Shown: one piece after another, positions 61,363 through 64,000 of the stretch
How the letters are laid out: the number at the start of each line of letters is the position of its first letter
How positions within the stretch are numbered: the first letter of the stretch is position 1
NCBI RefSeq assembly: GCF_001194135.2
Contig: NC_068982.1
Coordinates: forward strand, 133,477,127 to 133,541,126
Direction: 5' to 3'
From: Octopus bimaculoides
Lineage: Eukaryota
Length of the DNA: 64,000 nucleotides
Made by a program: the position numbers and the translations under genes
The notes under the pieces: generated by a model
Database searches by the model: none
Told to the model about the DNA's origin: nothing
The model's input: the letters and a program-made list of their open reading frames with translations, nothing else

Positions 61363-61750
61363 AGGGTGTACCCGGAATGCCTGCCCTTTTGACAGTTGCT
61401 GCTTACACAATAATGTAGTGTATAAATGTGAGGTAAGCACCCTAAAAGAGCCTAAAAAAGTGTATAAGGGAAGTACCACAAATTTCAAAGTCAGGTGTAG
61501 AACGCATGTAAATTCATTCATAAATAGGGAGTCAAAGAATTCAACTACCTTGGCCATTTATATTAACAAATAAAAAAATAGCAATAAGATATACTCCTTA
61601 AAATGGTCAATTATAGGCAAGTACACTCCATATAACACTCACACAAAAGTATGTAAATTAAGCTTAAAGGAAGCTATTAATATATTACAAACTGACAAGA
61701 AATTATTACATAATAAGATCTCATGTTGACACAACTTTCAAGTTTTAAAT
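61363..61750 (+). mobile_element. Penelope-like element GIY-YIG endonuclease fragment
   Basis: CPFDSCCLHNNVVYKCEV...KVYKGSTTNFKVRCRTHVNSF...STTLAIYI, an in-frame stop, then LKWSIIGK...VCKLSLKEAINI. Confidence 0.8.
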
Positions 61751-63609
61751 TTTTTTCAGTTTGATAAATAAAAAATATATATATGCTGATTAGGTTTTTC
61801 CTATCTAGTTTTTGACTCACCCTGGATGCTATTCGTGCATATAACATAGATTAGCAATAAATATACAATTTCTTCTATCTTTAGTAGTCATACGATATAA
61901 AAATCTATTTTATGCTTAGGAACTCTGGATTTTTTTGAAATTTTTATACTTATTTACAATTTTTACATCAGTTTAAAACTTAAAACTCTTTAAAAATCTG
62001 AAACCCTTTTATAACTACGAATCTCTGATGAAGGAAATATGATTACTGAAGCTGAAAAGATGTATCTACTTCTTTGCACATTTCCTGAAATGGCCATAAG
62101 ATGTTTTTTGTTTTATTTGATTCATTCAAAAACTTTCTTTTAAATCACTGTTATCTTATCCACTCGTGACTTTTAATTTAATCCATCTGTATATGCACAC
62201 TGTCATCAAACCTTGATTTCAAATGGGATTGTAGGAAGAAAAATATATATGATTTGACCTGGAATAACTTGATACCTAAATCTGTCTTCCTTATTGAATT
62301 TTGATATATATATATATATTTATTTGTGTGTGTGAGTGTGTCTTTGTGTCTGTGTTTGTCCCCCATCACCACTTGACAACTAGTGTTGGCTTGTTTACAT
62401 CCCTGTAACTTAGTGGTTCAGCAAAACAAGGCTGACTGAATAAGTATCAGGCTTAAAAAAAGTACAAGAGTTGATTTGTTTGACTAAAAACTCTTCAAGG
62501 CAGTGCAACCACAGTCTAAAGACTGAAACAAGTAAAAGATAAAACTTATGACTTAGCTACTAACTAAAAAGAAGTTAAAACTATTTATCATTATTATAAA
62601 TTATTGTACACTATTATATTGAATTTTAAAGGAACTATAAGATATCATACAAGGAGTTGCTATCAACTGAAATACATTGAGAGGCCTGAAACCATAAAAC
62701 AAATATTACTCATATTTCATTCCCTAGGAGGATATAAAGAGATGTGTGGGCGTGCACAAAGAAAGAAATATTAAGCAAAGTGAAACTATTCAACAGAAAT
62801 TGTTATGAGTAATTGCCTTGATACACTCATTATCCTTCTCATCAGTGTTTTGCATCTGCTTTTCCATGATGGCATGTGTTGGACAGTTTTTCTAAGGCAG
62901 TGTTTGATGGCTAATGCTTTTAGTGGTCTCTTATGCTATGCTGAAGATGTGGTGTACCTATTCTAACACTACATACTGGGAAAGAGTATATGTATAATAA
63001 ATTCACTATCATCATCATTTAACATCCGTTGTCCATGCTGGCATGGGTTGGATGGTCTGACTGGGCTGGCATACTGGAAGGCTGCACCAGGCTCCAGTCT
63101 AATTTGGCATGGTTTTCTATGGCTGGATTACCTTCTTAACGCCAACCACTCAGAGAGTGTAATGGGTGTTTTTACATGCGACAAGCATGGGAGCCAGTGA
63201 GGTGGCACTGGCATCAGCCACGCCTGTAATTTTGCTTGCCTTGCTGAATCTTCTACTCAAGCACGACATAATGCCAAAGGTCTTGGTCATTGCCTCCATG
63301 AGGCCCAACACTTGAAAGGAACTCAGCCACTTTGTTTCTATGAGGCCTTATACTCAAAAAGAACTCACCACCTCACCTCTGTGAGGCCCATAAAGCTATA
63401 AATAATAGCATAACAGCATATAAATATTGGGTTGAAAAAACCCATTCAGATAGAAAAAGTTGAAGGTTTCTTTCACTTTTCATCTACCAAATTCACTCTC
63501 AAGGCATAGGTCAGCCCAGGGCTATAGTAGAAGACACTTGCCCACGGTGTCAAGGAAAGGGACTGTTATTGTCAAAATTTCAATTTACTGACCTTATAAA
63601 ATTCTCTTT

Positions 63610-64000
63610 CATCATCATCATCATCATCGTTTAACGTCCGCCTTCCATGCTAGCATGGGTTGGACGATTTGACTGAGGACTGGTGAAACCAGATGGCAAC
63701 ACCAGGCTCCAATCTAATTTGGCAGAGTTTCTACAGCTGGATGCCCTTCCTAACGCCAACCACTCAGAGAGTGTAGTGGGTGCTTTTACGTGTCACCCAC
63801 ACAAAAACGGCCATGCTCGAAATGGTGTCTTTTATGTGCCACCCGCACAAGAGCCAGTCCAGGGGCACTGGCAACGATCCCGCTCGAAAGATTTCATGTG
63901 TCGCCCGCACATGAGCCAGTCTGGGGGAACCAGCAACCATCTCGCTCGAAAAACCTCATGTGTCACCCGCACAAGAGCCGGCCCAGGGGCACCGGCAATC
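63610..64000 (-). mobile_element. Young RTE-tail element with internal repeats (runs off the window)
   Basis: catcatcatcgtttaacgtccgccttccatgctagcatgggttgg..., close to the reverse complement of 28093-28370. Confidence 0.85.

Noticed and set aside
52515-64000. First coding exon(s) of FERRY3 (~55 codons, must end in phase 1)
   Set aside because: No convincing match found by eye; probably beyond the window or in the gap at 58431-58611.

Overview
AT-rich eukaryotic genomic DNA with many N gaps and (TA)n/(CA)n/(CAT)n microsatellites. The repeat families suggest an octopus (inference). Two intron-containing host genes lie tail to tail. On the + strand are the last 7 coding exons of protein disulfide isomerase (P4HB/PDIA1; 1-7766; WCGHC site; C-terminus HVEL). 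On the - strand are 11 phase-consistent coding exons of a FERRY3/C12orf4 orthologue (52514 to 15041, about 497 aa); its first ~55 codons were not found. The rest is a dense mix of transposons: two decayed mariner elements with intact TIRs, a MULE deletion derivative, a HERO/R2-type REL endonuclease fragment in a (TA)n tract, RTE LINE fragments and young RTE-tail elements, Penelope-like GIY-YIG fragments, several tRNA-SINE families and several MITEs (hAT, TTAA-type, mariner-derived). The most unusual observations are a 550-bp TIR element with a 6-bp TSD and an internal telomere-repeat hairpin, several hammerhead-ribozyme-like relics in FERRY3 introns, long intronic foldbacks (candidate ADAR substrates), and a PDI exon whose start recreates the upstream donor site. 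I found no clearly novel protein-coding system.
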